In this document: piece by piece, positions 19,823 through 29,325 of the stretch
How the letters are laid out: each line of letters begins with the position of its first letter
Numbering within the stretch: position 1 is the first letter of the stretch
NCBI GenBank assembly: GCA_963754315.1
Contig: CAVWFS010000005.1
Coordinates: forward strand, 197,936-261,935
DNA from: an uncultured Candidatus Rokubacteria bacterium
GTDB taxonomy: Bacteria > Methylomirabilota > Methylomirabilia > Rokubacteriales > CSP1-6
Length of the DNA stretch: 64,000 bases
Reading direction: 5' to 3'
Position numbers and translations under genes: made by a program
The notes under the pieces: model-generated
What the model was told of the DNA's origin: nothing
What the model saw: only the letters and a program-made list of their open reading frames with translations
Databases searched by the model: none

Positions 19823-20159
19823 GGTGCTTGGGATGTCACTCTCGCTCGGCAGGGACCTCGAGCAGGCTCAGCGCTGGTTTCACGCGCTGAGCGACGAGAC
19901 CCGACTTCAGCTACTGGAGCTGCTGCGTGGCGGTGAGCAATGCGTGTGCGACCTCACCGACGCGCTCGACGCCGCCCAGTCCCGTCTCTCATTCCATCTC
20001 AAGACGCTGAAGGACGCCGGCTTGGTCACCGACCGGAAGCAAGGCCGGTGGGTGTATTACGCGCTGAATCCCCAGGTGTTCGACGAGATCACTGAGTTCA
20101 TGACCGAGTTGCGCCCGAAGCCGACCAGCTTCCGGCTCGCGCCACGTCGATGCGACTGA
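19818..20159 (+). CDS. arsR: ArsR/SmtB family repressor
   Basis: ALSDETRL, EQCVCDL, QSRLSFHLKTL and GRWVYY. True start is probably the ATG near 19833. Confidence 0.9.
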   Translation: MMVLGMSLSLGRDLEQAQRWFHALSDETRLQLLELLRGGEQCVCDLTDALDAAQSRLSFHLKTLKDAGLVTDRKQGRWVYYALNPQVFDEITEFMTELRPKPTSFRLAPRRCD

Positions 20160-20180
20160 TCCCTTTTTTTGCGCTGAGAT

Positions 20181-20196
20181 ATCAAGAACTCTTGAT
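20181..20196 (+). promoter_or_regulatory. Second copy of the ArsR-type operator
   Basis: ATCAAG-AACT-CTTGAT between arsR and arsC. Confidence 0.65.
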
Positions 20197-20226
20197 GAGA
20201 TGGCGGCCCACCGGATGGGTTGCTCT

Positions 20227-20668
20227 ATGAAGCCACGAGTGCTCTTCCTCTGCACCCACAACTCGGCCCGAAGCCAGATGGCCGAGGGGTACTTGCGTCA
20301 CCTGGCCGGCGATCGGTTCGAGGTGGCCAGCGCCGGCACTGAGGCGCGCGGGGTGCACCCGTCGGCTGTGCGCGTCATGGCGGAGGATGGCATCGATATC
20401 TCCGGGCAACGCGCCAAGACGCTGGACCGATTTGTCAAAGAGACCTGGGATTACGTGGTGACAGTCTGCGACAGCGCGAACGAGGCCTGCCCGCTCTTTC
20501 CGAGAGCGGCGACGCGGCTGCACTGGAGCTTTGACGATCCGTCCCGGGCGCGCGGGAGTGATGAGGAGCAACATGACGGTGTTCCGCCGCGTGCGTGACG
20601 AGATCAAGACCGCGATAACGACGTGGCTGCAGCAATCCGCGATCCGCGTCGAGGCGGGGTCGTCATGA
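20227..20668 (+). CDS. arsC: Arsenate reductase, LMW-PTP (thioredoxin-type) family, frameshift near 20571
   Basis: FLCTHNSARSQMAE, TVCD, ACP and HWSFDDP. Conserved FRRVRDEI continues in another frame to a TGA overlapping the next ATG. Confidence 0.85.
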
Positions 20669-21429
20669 CATCGGCCGCCGTCGATCCTCGAAACTTGAGC
20701 CGCCGTCTGGTGGCGGAAGGCGCGGGCACGGCGTTGCTGCTGGCCGCCGTCGTCGGATCGGGGATCATGGGTGAGCGGTTGGCCGGCGGCAACGTCGCCG
20801 TCGCCCTGCTCGCCAACACGCTCGCCACTGGCGCGGCGCTCGTCGCTCTCATCCTGACCTTCGGACCAATCTCCGGAGCCCACTTCAACCCCGCGGTGAC
20901 CTTGGCCGACGCCTCCCAGGGAGGCCTGCCGTGGCGCGATGTCCCACCCTATCTCGCCGCCCAGGTGCTCGGAGCCTTCGCCGGGGTGGCCGCGGCCCAC
21001 CTCATGTTCGGCGAGCCACTGTACTTCGCGTCTCGCCATGCGCGCGCGGGAGCGGCCCAGGCGTTCAGTGAGTTCGTGGCGACCTTCGGCCTGCTGGCCG
21101 TGATCTGGGGCTGCGTACGATCACGGGCTTCCGTGGTGGCATTCGCCGTCGCCGCGTACATCACCGCGGCGTACTGGTTCACGGCGTCCACCTCCTTCGC
21201 AAACCCGGCGGTCACGCTGGCCCGCTCGGCGAGCGACACCTTCGCGGGGATCCGCCCGGCAGATGCGCCGCTCTTCATCGTGGCTCAGCTCGCCGGCGCG
21301 GGGGCGGCCACCGCGCTGTTCCGCTGGCTGGTGCCGGCGCTGCCGACAGTCGCGTCAGCGGTGACCGTGCCGCCCGCTCTGGCCGACGACCGCGACGTAC
21401 CCGCGGCACGGGCCAACCGTACGCGATGA
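20665..21429 (+). CDS. MIP/aquaporin family channel (arsenic-associated)
   Basis: Two NPA motifs (SGAHFNPAVT, SFANPAVT) and AYWFTASTS. Confidence 0.9.
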   Translation: MTSAAVDPRNLSRRLVAEGAGTALLLAAVVGSGIMGERLAGGNVAVALLANTLATGAALVALILTFGPISGAHFNPAVTLADASQGGLPWRDVPPYLAAQVLGAFAGVAAAHLMFGEPLYFASRHARAGAAQAFSEFVATFGLLAVIWGCVRSRASVVAFAVAAYITAAYWFTASTSFANPAVTLARSASDTFAGIRPADAPLFIVAQLAGAGAATALFRWLVPALPTVASAVTVPPALADDRDVPAARANRTR

Positions 21430-21463
21430 CTCTCCCAGGCCCATCGGCTCGATTCAGGAGGCT

Positions 21464-23767
21464 ATGGCGATGAACATTCGACGCAACACGACAGAGAACC
21501 CAGGGCTGCCCATCGCCGTCATCGGCGCGGGACCGATCGGGCTGGCCGCCGCCGCACACCTTGCGTCCCGGGGCCTGCCCTTCGTTGTCCTCGAGGCTGG
21601 TCAGTCGGTCGGCGCCCATGTGAGCGCGTGGAGCCACGTGCAGGTCTTCTCCCCCTGGCGGTACAACATCGATGCAGCGGCCGGAGCCATGCTCAAGGCA
21701 GCCGGCTGGAAGGAGCCGGATCGCGACGTGCTGCCCACTGGCGGCGAGCTAGTGGCGGAATACCTCCGCCCCCTCGGAGAGCTTCCCCAGATTGCTCCGC
21801 ACGTGCGCCTGGGCACACGTGTCCTCGCCGTCGCTCGCGCCGGCTACGACAAGATGAAGACAGCAGGGCGCGACCAGGCGCCCTTCGAGCTGCGCGTCCA
21901 CTCCTTCGCCGGTGAGGAGAGGCAGCTCGCGCGGGCCGTCATCGATGCGTCGGGCACGTATGCGGTCCCCAATCCGCTGGGCGCCAACGGCCTGCCTGCG
22001 ATCGGCGAGTCAGAATCCGGCTCACGCGTGTTTTACGGAATCCCCGACGTTGGCGGGGTCCACCGTGGCCGCTATGCTCGGCGCGCTATCGTGGTCGTTG
22101 GCAGTGGGCACTCCGCGTTCAACACCTTGCTCGACCTGCACGATCTCGCCCTGGCCGAAGTGGGGACAACGATCACCTGGGCCGTGCGTCGGAGCGACAT
22201 CGGTGCGATGTACGGCGGCGGCGATGCCGACACGCTCCCGGCCCGAGGCAGCCTGGGCGCCCGCCTGCGCCAGCTCGTCGAGTCGGGGCGGCTGCGCCTG
22301 GTGACCGGCTTTCTGACACGCGAGCTCCGGCGTGACGCAAAGCGGGTGAGCCTTGTCGACACGCAAGGCCGGACGCTCGGCCCATTCGACGAGATCATCG
22401 CCGTGACGGGATTTCGACCGGACCTGGCCATGCTGGGCGAGCTGCGTCTTGATCTCGATCCCGCCGTGGAGAGTCCACGGGCGCTCGCGCCGCTGATCGA
22501 TCCTAACGTCCACAGCTGTGGCACCGTACCGCCGCACGGTGTCGAGGAGCTGCGCCAGCCCGAGACGAACTTCTTCGTGGTGGGGATGAAGAGCTACGGA
22601 CGGGCGCCGACCTTTCTCATGCTCACCGGGTACGAGCAGGTGCGCTCGGTCGTGGCCGCCCTCGCCGGCGACTGGGAGTCGGCCCGGCGCATGGAGCTGA
22701 CCTTGCCGCCCACAGGCGTGTGCTCATCGACGCCAATCGCCGGGACCCTGGCCACCGCATGCTGTGACACCACGGTGGCGGCGGAGGTCGCGACAGCCGC
22801 CGCCGCGACCGGCTGCTGTACGCCCTCTCCGGCGGACGACACGTCCGGCGCATGCTGTGCACCAGCTCCGGACGCGGCCGCAAGCGCATGCTGTGCCCCC
22901 GCACCAACACTCATCCCGAGCCTAGATCAGCCGAAAGCCAAGGAGACCACCATGGAACGGACGGACGCGATCAAGGATGTCGTCAAGGCCAAGTACGGCG
23001 CCGCCGCCCTTCGCGTGGCAAGCGGAAGCACGTCCTGCTGCGGTGGCACCACCTCCCGCTCAACTGCGGATCCCATCACCTCCAACCTCTATGGTGAGGA
23101 GACAGCGGAGGTTCCGCCCGAGGCGCTCGCCGCCTCGCTCGGATGCGGCAATCCAACCGCGCTCGCCGAATTGCGGGCGGGCGAAGTGGTGCTGGATCTC
23201 GGCTCGGGCGGTGGCATCGACGTCTTGCTCTCCGCCAGGCGGGTCGGGCCCGAGGGCAAGGCGTACGGGCTTGACATGACCGACGAGATGCTCGCTCTGG
23301 CGCGGGAGAACCAGCGCAAAGCGGGGGTCACCAACGTCGAGTTCCTCAAGGGGGAGATCGAGCACATGCCGCTGCCGAACGAAGCCGTGGACGTGATCAT
23401 CTCCAACTGCGTGATCAACCTCTCGCCGGACAAGGACGCCGTCCTGGCCGAGGCCTTCCGGGTTCTGAAGCCCGGCGGCCGGGTGGCGGTTTCCGACGTG
23501 GTAGTCCGCGGAGAGGTGCCGGCCGCCGTGCGCAAGAGCGTCGAACTCTGGATCGGCTGTGTGGCCGGCGCCCTGGAGGAATCGGAGTACCGCGCGAAGC
23601 TGCAGAAGGCGGGCTTCGAGGCGATCGACATCGAGCCGACGCGCGTCTACAGCGGCGAGAGCGCGCGGGAGCGCTTGTCTGCCGCGGGGCTGGATGCCGA
23701 GACGATCGCGAGCGTGGAGGGCAGGTTCATCAGCGCGTTCATCCGCGCGCGCAAGCCACAGCCATGA
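21464..23767 (+). CDS. arsM: Flavin-dependent oxidoreductase/monooxygenase in frame with arsenite methyltransferase via a Cys-rich linker. ArsM may also start at 22952.
   Basis: GAGPIG, FSPW, GSGHSA, HSCGTV and GMKSYGRAPTFL, then SLGCGNP, LDLGSGGG, SNCVINL and IGCVAGA. Confidence 0.8.
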   Translation: MAMNIRRNTTENPGLPIAVIGAGPIGLAAAAHLASRGLPFVVLEAGQSVGAHVSAWSHVQVFSPWRYNIDAAAGAMLKAAGWKEPDRDVLPTGGELVAEYLRPLGELPQIAPHVRLGTRVLAVARAGYDKMKTAGRDQAPFELRVHSFAGEERQLARAVIDASGTYAVPNPLGANGLPAIGESESGSRVFYGIPDVGGVHRGRYARRAIVVVGSGHSAFNTLLDLHDLALAEVGTTITWAVRRSDIGAMYGGGDADTLPARGSLGARLRQLVESGRLRLVTGFLTRELRRDAKRVSLVDTQGRTLGPFDEIIAVTGFRPDLAMLGELRLDLDPAVESPRALAPLIDPNVHSCGTVPPHGVEELRQPETNFFVVGMKSYGRAPTFLMLTGYEQVRSVVAALAGDWESARRMELTLPPTGVCSSTPIAGTLATACCDTTVAAEVATAAAATGCCTPSPADDTSGACCAPAPDAAASACCAPAPTLIPSLDQPKAKETTMERTDAIKDVVKAKYGAAALRVASGSTSCCGGTTSRSTADPITSNLYGEETAEVPPEALAASLGCGNPTALAELRAGEVVLDLGSGGGIDVLLSARRVGPEGKAYGLDMTDEMLALARENQRKAGVTNVEFLKGEIEHMPLPNEAVDVIISNCVINLSPDKDAVLAEAFRVLKPGGRVAVSDVVVRGEVPAAVRKSVELWIGCVAGALEESEYRAKLQKAGFEAIDIEPTRVYSGESARERLSAAGLDAETIASVEGRFISAFIRARKPQP

Positions 23768-23819
23768 CGGGTGCCTGGGAAGGTCTAGCGTAGGGGGCCT
23801 TGGCGACGGCACCGACGCG

Positions 23820-24350
23820 ATGACCCGCCCCCCAATCACCACGCGGCTGGCGACGACGGCCGATGCCGCGCCCATCGCCGGGATCTACAACGAAGGCATC
23901 GCCGATCGCATCGCCACGTTCGAGACGGAGCCGCGAACGGCAGACCAGATCGCGGCGCAGCTGGTCGACAAGGGCGATCGGTTCCCGACCGTGGTCGCGG
24001 AGCGAGAAGGCCGAATCGTGGCCTGGGCCAGCGCGGGGCCATACCGGAATCGCCCCGCGTATGCCGGTGTGGCCGAGCACTCGGTCTACGTGGCCCGCGG
24101 CGACCGTGGCACCGGAGCTGGGCGGGCCGCCCTGGATGCACTCTGCCGCGCATACGACGAGCGCGGGTTCTGGAAGGTTGTCTCGCGCATCTTCCCCGAG
24201 AACACCGCGAGCCTCGCCCTCCATGAGCGCTGTGGGTTCCGTGTGGTTGGCGTTTATCGCCGCCACGGCCAGCTGGACGGCACGTTGCGCGACTGCGTCA
24301 TCGTCGAGAAGCTCCTCGGCGACGACTCCCAGACTCAGACGTCGGCCTGA
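23820..24350 (+). CDS. GNAT N-acetyltransferase, phosphinothricin-acetyltransferase/ArsN-like
   Basis: IYNEGI..RIATFET, AEHSVYV, RGTGAG and IFPENTASLALH..GFR.VG. Located in the ars operon. Confidence 0.8.
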   Translation: MTRPPITTRLATTADAAPIAGIYNEGIADRIATFETEPRTADQIAAQLVDKGDRFPTVVAEREGRIVAWASAGPYRNRPAYAGVAEHSVYVARGDRGTGAGRAALDALCRAYDERGFWKVVSRIFPENTASLALHERCGFRVVGVYRRHGQLDGTLRDCVIVEKLLGDDSQTQTSA

Positions 24351-24366
24351 TGGCAACGCCGATGCC

Positions 24367-25623
24367 ATGACGTGGAACCGCGGCGTACTGGCGATGTGCG
24401 CGGCGCAAGCCTCTGCCCAAATCGGCGCTTTCAGCGTCGCGGCGCTCCTTCCAACCCTCATTCCTGCCTGGTCACTCACCAACACGGAGGCGGGTTGGAT
24501 CGGAGGCATCTACTACGCCGCCTACACGCTGGTCGTACCCGTGCTCTCCTCCCTCGCCGATCGCGTGGATCCGAAGCGCATCTATCTTGTCTCCGTGGCA
24601 CTGACCGCCGTCGCGTTCGCCGGATTCGCCTGGGCCGCCACAGGATTCTGGTCAGCTTTGGCGTTTCGCGCCCTGATGGGTGCCGGCTGGGCCGGCAGCT
24701 ACATGCCGGGGCTCAAGGCGCTGAGTGACTGCGCCGAAGGTCCGCAGCTGTCGCGCGCCGTCGCTGCCCACGCCGCGGCGGTCGGCGTCAGCGGCGCCCT
24801 CTCGTTCGGCGTGGCCGGGGCGGTCAACGCGTGGCTCGGCTGGCAGTGGGCCCTCGTGCCGGGCGCTCTGGGAGCTGGTCTGGCATTCGTACTCGTGCTG
24901 GTCGGCCTGCCCGCTCAGCCTCCGCGCGCCTCAGCGGGGCAGCGCGGTGCACTGCTCGACTTTCGCCCGATCTTTCGCAACCGGTCGGCACTGGCCTACT
25001 CCGTCGCGTACGCCGTGCACACGTGGGAAATGTCGGCACTCAGGGCGTGGGTGGTCACGTTTCTCACGTTTGCAGCCGCGCACAGCGCCGGCACATGGAC
25101 ACCCCTGGCGCCCGCAACCGTTGCCAGCATCATGGGGCTCCTCGGCGTATGGGCCAGCATATGGGGTAACGAGCTGGCCATCCGGTTCGGACGCCGCCGG
25201 TTCATTCTCAGCACGATGCTCGCCTCGGCCGCGATGGCCGGCATGGTCGGCTTCAGCGCAGCGCTCCCGTATGCCGTTGCGGCGGCGCTGGTGCTCGTCT
25301 ACGCCATGCTGATCTGGTCGGATTCCTCTTCACTGACGGCGGGGAGTGCCGGCAGCGCCGAGCCTGGCCGCCGCGGCGCGACGCTGGCCGTCCATTCAAC
25401 GCTTGGCTACGCGGGTGGCTTTCTGGGGCCGCTGGCGCTGGGCGCGACGCTCGACCTCGTCGGTGGCACAAGCGTAATCGGTTGGGGCATCGCGTTCGCC
25501 CATGTCACCGTCGCGGTGCTCGCCGGGTGGATCGCGTTCGTGTGGTTGCGGCCGGCCGACCTCGCCGGCGATCGCCCGGCGATCGTGCCGCCCTATGCGG
25601 CTGGCAACGCGCCACCGGCGTGA
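24367..25623 (+). CDS. MFS transporter
   Basis: About 12 TM segments, motif A-like SLADRVDPKR and LAIRFGRRR. Confidence 0.88.
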   Translation: MTWNRGVLAMCAAQASAQIGAFSVAALLPTLIPAWSLTNTEAGWIGGIYYAAYTLVVPVLSSLADRVDPKRIYLVSVALTAVAFAGFAWAATGFWSALAFRALMGAGWAGSYMPGLKALSDCAEGPQLSRAVAAHAAAVGVSGALSFGVAGAVNAWLGWQWALVPGALGAGLAFVLVLVGLPAQPPRASAGQRGALLDFRPIFRNRSALAYSVAYAVHTWEMSALRAWVVTFLTFAAAHSAGTWTPLAPATVASIMGLLGVWASIWGNELAIRFGRRRFILSTMLASAAMAGMVGFSAALPYAVAAALVLVYAMLIWSDSSSLTAGSAGSAEPGRRGATLAVHSTLGYAGGFLGPLALGATLDLVGGTSVIGWGIAFAHVTVAVLAGWIAFVWLRPADLAGDRPAIVPPYAAGNAPPA

Positions 25624-25757
25624 GGCGTACACGGGACCGGCAAAGGGAGTATTCTGAAGCTGCCTTCCACCGAGTCGCCTGGGTGACGCGCAGGGCGTCG
25701 GGCTCCTTGGCATGTGGCTTTGATTCTCACGGCCCAAGATCCAACGGAGCCGCCACC

Positions 25758-26027
25758 ATGCCCGACGAGTCTGCCCTTCGAGAGAAAGCTCGAGAAGCAA
25801 TCCGGAGCGGTAAGCTGCCGATGCGCCCGCCCGATCGGACGTGGGGAGGTCCAGGTGTCGGGATCCCGTGCACGGTCTGCGGCCTGCCCGTGACGAAGCA
25901 GCAGATGGCGATCGAGATTCAGTTCAGCTACGACGGCGCGAGCCCACGATTGGACAAGTTTGATGTCCACGTGCGGTGCTTCGCGGCGTGGGAGTTTGAG
26001 CGGGTCACGCTCGGGGGCGAGCGCTAA
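25758..26027 (+). CDS. Small hypothetical protein with CxxC...HxxC
   Basis: GGAG RBS. WGGPG.G.PCTVC...HVRCFAAWE. Confidence 0.6.
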   Translation: MPDESALREKAREAIRSGKLPMRPPDRTWGGPGVGIPCTVCGLPVTKQQMAIEIQFSYDGASPRLDKFDVHVRCFAAWEFERVTLGGER

Positions 26028-26078
26028 CCTGCCGACGATGTTGCCGCGGCCCTTCTGAGCCTCCTGCCGGGCTCGGTC

Positions 26079-26840
26079 ATGCCTCGCAGCGCGACCGGAC
26101 GACGGTTCTCACCTACGCTGCGCTCCTCGTCATCGCCGCCGCGGCCTGGGGCCAGGTTCTCTGGTCAGCCTCGGCCCACGATGACATGAGCGGCATGGAC
26201 ATGCCGCCGACCGTTGCTGACGGTCTCCTCTACGTGGCGAACTGGACGGTCATGATGACGGCCATGATGCTGCCGAGCGCGATGCCCATGATCGCGCTCT
26301 ACGCCGCCACGCAGCGGGCTGAGCCAAGTGCGGTGGCGAGGGCAGCGGCGGTGGCGCGGTTCACGCTCGTGTATCTCGGGCTCTGGGCCCTGACGGGCAT
26401 ACCGATCTACATCGGCAGCGTGACCCTCGGGCGCTTCTCCAGGGCGCTTCCCTATGGAGTCGCGCTCGCGCTCGTCGCCGCCGGCGTCTTTCAGCTCACA
26501 CCGCTCAAGCAGATCTGTCTGCGCAACTGCCGCAGCTCCGCTCGGATTCCTCCTCGGCCACTGGCGGCCGGGCCTACGGGGTAGCCTCGCGATGGGTTGG
26601 GCGCACGCGGTATACTGCTTGGGCTGCTGCTGGGCGTTGATGGTCGTCCTGGTCGCCGCCGGAGCCATGGGTCTTCCCTGGGTCCTGCTCATTGCAGCGG
26701 TGGTCGCGGCGGAGAAGCTGGCGCCGCGCGGAGAGTGGGTTGCGCGAGCTACCGGGCTCGCGCTGATACTCCTGGGCGTGGCCGTCGCCCTGCGGCCAGA
26801 CCTGGCGATGGTCCTGCGGGCGAGCGGCCATTCCATGTAA
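26079..26840 (+). CDS. DUF2182 predicted metal-binding membrane protein (frameshifted)
   Basis: WTVMMTAMMLPS, FQLTPLKQICL..CR and YCLGCCWALM spread over two or three frames. Confidence 0.8.
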
Positions 26841-26865
26841 CAGAGTGAGGCAACGGAGAGACGTC

Positions 26866-27519
26866 ATGGCGAATGTTCAGTGGCGGATCAACGGGGACTA
26901 CTTTGAGGCGTGCAGTTGTGACTTCGTGTGTCCCTGCCCGACCTCGGGGCTGGCCGCATCGCCGACCAAGGGGGCCTGCGACGCGGGCCTCGTGTTCCAG
27001 GTGAGCCGGGGCCAGTACGGTAGCACCACGCTCGACGGCCTGAGCTTTGCCGTCCTGCTGCACACGCCCGGCCCGATGATCGCGGGCAACTGGACCGTTG
27101 GTCTCGTCTTGGACGAGCGCGGCTCACACGAGCAGCGCGAGGCGCTCACTGCGATCGCCAGCGGTCAGGCGGGCGGGCCCATGGCCGCCCTCGCTCCGTT
27201 GATCGGCCGTTTCGGCGGCGCCGAGCCAAAGCCGATAACCATCACCAAGGACGGCATGCGCCGATCGGTCTCGATCCCGGGCATGCTCGATATCGCCATC
27301 GAGGGCGTCGCCGGCGCCAACCCGGGCGAGCCGGTCTACTTCGACAATGTCGGCCACCCGGCCGCCTCCCGACTGGCGCTGGCCAAGGCATCCCGCGGCG
27401 ACATGCACGGCTTCGGGATCGCGTGGGACGAAATGTCGGGCCGCAACGCGGTTACTCGAGCCGCGTCAAGGTCACGTCGAGGACACGCACGTCGCCGTCG
27501 GCCCGTCGCCACTGAATGA
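26866..27519 (+). CDS. DUF1326 family protein (C-terminus runs into the convergent gene)
   Basis: W.I.GDYFEACSC...CPC, PT.G.CD and QREAL..IASGQAGG. Usual partner of DUF2182. Confidence 0.8.
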   Translation: MANVQWRINGDYFEACSCDFVCPCPTSGLAASPTKGACDAGLVFQVSRGQYGSTTLDGLSFAVLLHTPGPMIAGNWTVGLVLDERGSHEQREALTAIASGQAGGPMAALAPLIGRFGGAEPKPITITKDGMRRSVSIPGMLDIAIEGVAGANPGEPVYFDNVGHPAASRLALAKASRGDMHGFGIAWDEMSGRNAVTRAASRSRRGHARRRRPVATE

Positions 27520-28514
27520 GGATGGGACTCTGGTACGTGCCTTCCACGGGCCTGGCCGGGGCGTCCCCGCGCTCGGCCACGAGAACGCTGATGGCCCGCC
27601 GGATCCGAAGCATGTGGGCGACCGGCACGGCCACCGTGCGTGCGAGAAGCCGCTCCACGAGTGAATCCTGAAGGCCGAGCGTATCCAGGCCCGAGTTCAG
27701 CATCCGCACGAGGTCGTAGCGGGCGTAGCCGAGCGCCTTGGCCGGGACGGCGCGGGGATTGGCGAGGAGGTGGCGGTACTCCTCGGCCATGAACCGCAGT
27801 GGGTCGCGCAGCACGGCGGCGAGATCGTACTTCATGAGGAGAGTCTCGAATTCGTTGATGGTCAGCGCCGCATCACGCTCCCCTCCCTCGAGGGCAATGC
27901 GGAGGCGGCCCCTCTCGATGCCCGCCTGGGCCACGAAGTCGGTGAGCTGGTCGTACAGTCCGAGCTTGGTGTCTTTGAGATTGACGGAATCGATGGGATG
28001 TCCCGACATGGGCACCCGCAGTCGCGTTCGCGCCACCGTCATTTCGCGATGGAATCCGATCAGGCGCGTCAGCCGCTGACGCGGCCGCCCACGGGTGATC
28101 CCGTCCAGATCGACGAAGCAGACGACCTCGCCGGTCCGATTCGGATGCGTCACGCAGGGCCGGAGCCCGCCCGCGATGAAGGCCAGATGAGAATCCCCGT
28201 TGCGGGGCTCCACCGCCCGCTGAGCCGCGTCGAGATCCTGCCGGAATTCCAGCCAGTCGTGCGCATAGCCGGCGTCTTCGGGGAAGATCCGGCGCAAGGC
28301 CTCGACGTAGGCTGAGACCTGCCCCGGCCCGAGACGCGTCAGCAAGCCGACGGTCGAGGAAGCCGGCCGTCGTGTGCGGCGACCAGTAGAGGCAGCGCGG
28401 ATACTCGGCCAGGGCCTCACGCTGGTCCGCTCCCAGCCGCGATCTCAACTCGACCACGTCGAAACGGGCGCGGGCAGAGACGGCGAGGGTCAGGTCGAGG
28501 AGATCGGAAGCCAC
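27452..28514 (-). CDS. Hypothetical protein with two YjbQ/UPF0047-like half-domains (frameshift near 28345)
   Basis: HTTAG, YAHD, NGDSHL and FVDLDG..RPRQR in the first half. LTINE...DL and GTYQ in the second half. Confidence 0.6.
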
Positions 28515-28557
28515 CGCCCTCCCCGTATGGCCTCGCGCATCACGAGGCGGCGACCGC

Positions 28558-29298
28558 CTACGGCGTCGGACGCTGGCCGAGCGGCGTTCCCACGACCACC
28601 ACCAGGCGCAGAAACGCCAACACCTTGATGGCGAGCCACGACGGATCCAGCTCCGATCGGCGCAGACTGAACTTGGGGGAACGCGGAAAGGCGTGGTGGT
28701 TATTGTGCAGGCTCTCGCCCCCCGTCAGCCAGGCCAGGACGCGGGAATTGTACGCGGTGTTGCCGAAATTCTGGGCGCCACGCCAATGACCCAGCCCGTT
28801 AATCAATGGCGCCAGCACAAACATGTAGAGGATTCCGTGCCCGATCATGGCCACCGGGCCCTGCCACCAGCCGATGGCCAGGCTCACGAGCGCAGTGCCG
28901 AGGAAGAGTCCCGTCCACCCCCAGGAAAAGATGCGCCGCTCCCACCAGTCAGCTCCGATATCCGGGGCGAACTTTCCAACGGTCTCGCCGTTGCGTGCCT
29001 CTCGAACGTAGTAGTACACGTTCCAGAGTTGCACCTTCCAGAAGCCCAGCAGGAGCGGGCTGTGAGGATCACCCTCGCGATCGGTAAAGGTGTGATGCTT
29101 GCGATGCACGGCCACCCACTGTTGCCGGGTCTGGCCGGTGAGGAGCCACAGGACCACGCGGAAAAAGGCAGCGGCCGCCGGGCGCAGGATGAGGGAGCGG
29201 TGGGCCAGCGCACGGTGCAGGTAGATCGACGTGGCCACCGTGGCCAGCTGGGCGAGGATGAAGGCAGCAATAGCGATGATCAAGATCTGGAGACTCAA
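28558..29298 (-). CDS. Membrane fatty acid desaturase (delta-9-like)
   Basis: Three His boxes (HRALAH, HRKHH, HNNHH), plus GDPHSP and ELDP. Confidence 0.9.
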   Translation of the reverse strand: MSLQILIIAIAAFILAQLATVATSIYLHRALAHRSLILRPAAAAFFRVVLWLLTGQTRQQWVAVHRKHHTFTDREGDPHSPLLLGFWKVQLWNVYYYVREARNGETVGKFAPDIGADWWERRIFSWGWTGLFLGTALVSLAIGWWQGPVAMIGHGILYMFVLAPLINGLGHWRGAQNFGNTAYNSRVLAWLTGGESLHNNHHAFPRSPKFSLRRSELDPSWLAIKVLAFLRLVVVVGTPLGQRPTP

Positions 29299-29325
29299 CG
29301 GTTCACGGTCCTTTCACAGTCGCCC

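Noticed and set aside
20560..20600. Programmed frameshift or recoding in arsC
   Set aside because: No slippery sequence or stimulatory structure. A background indel is the simpler explanation.
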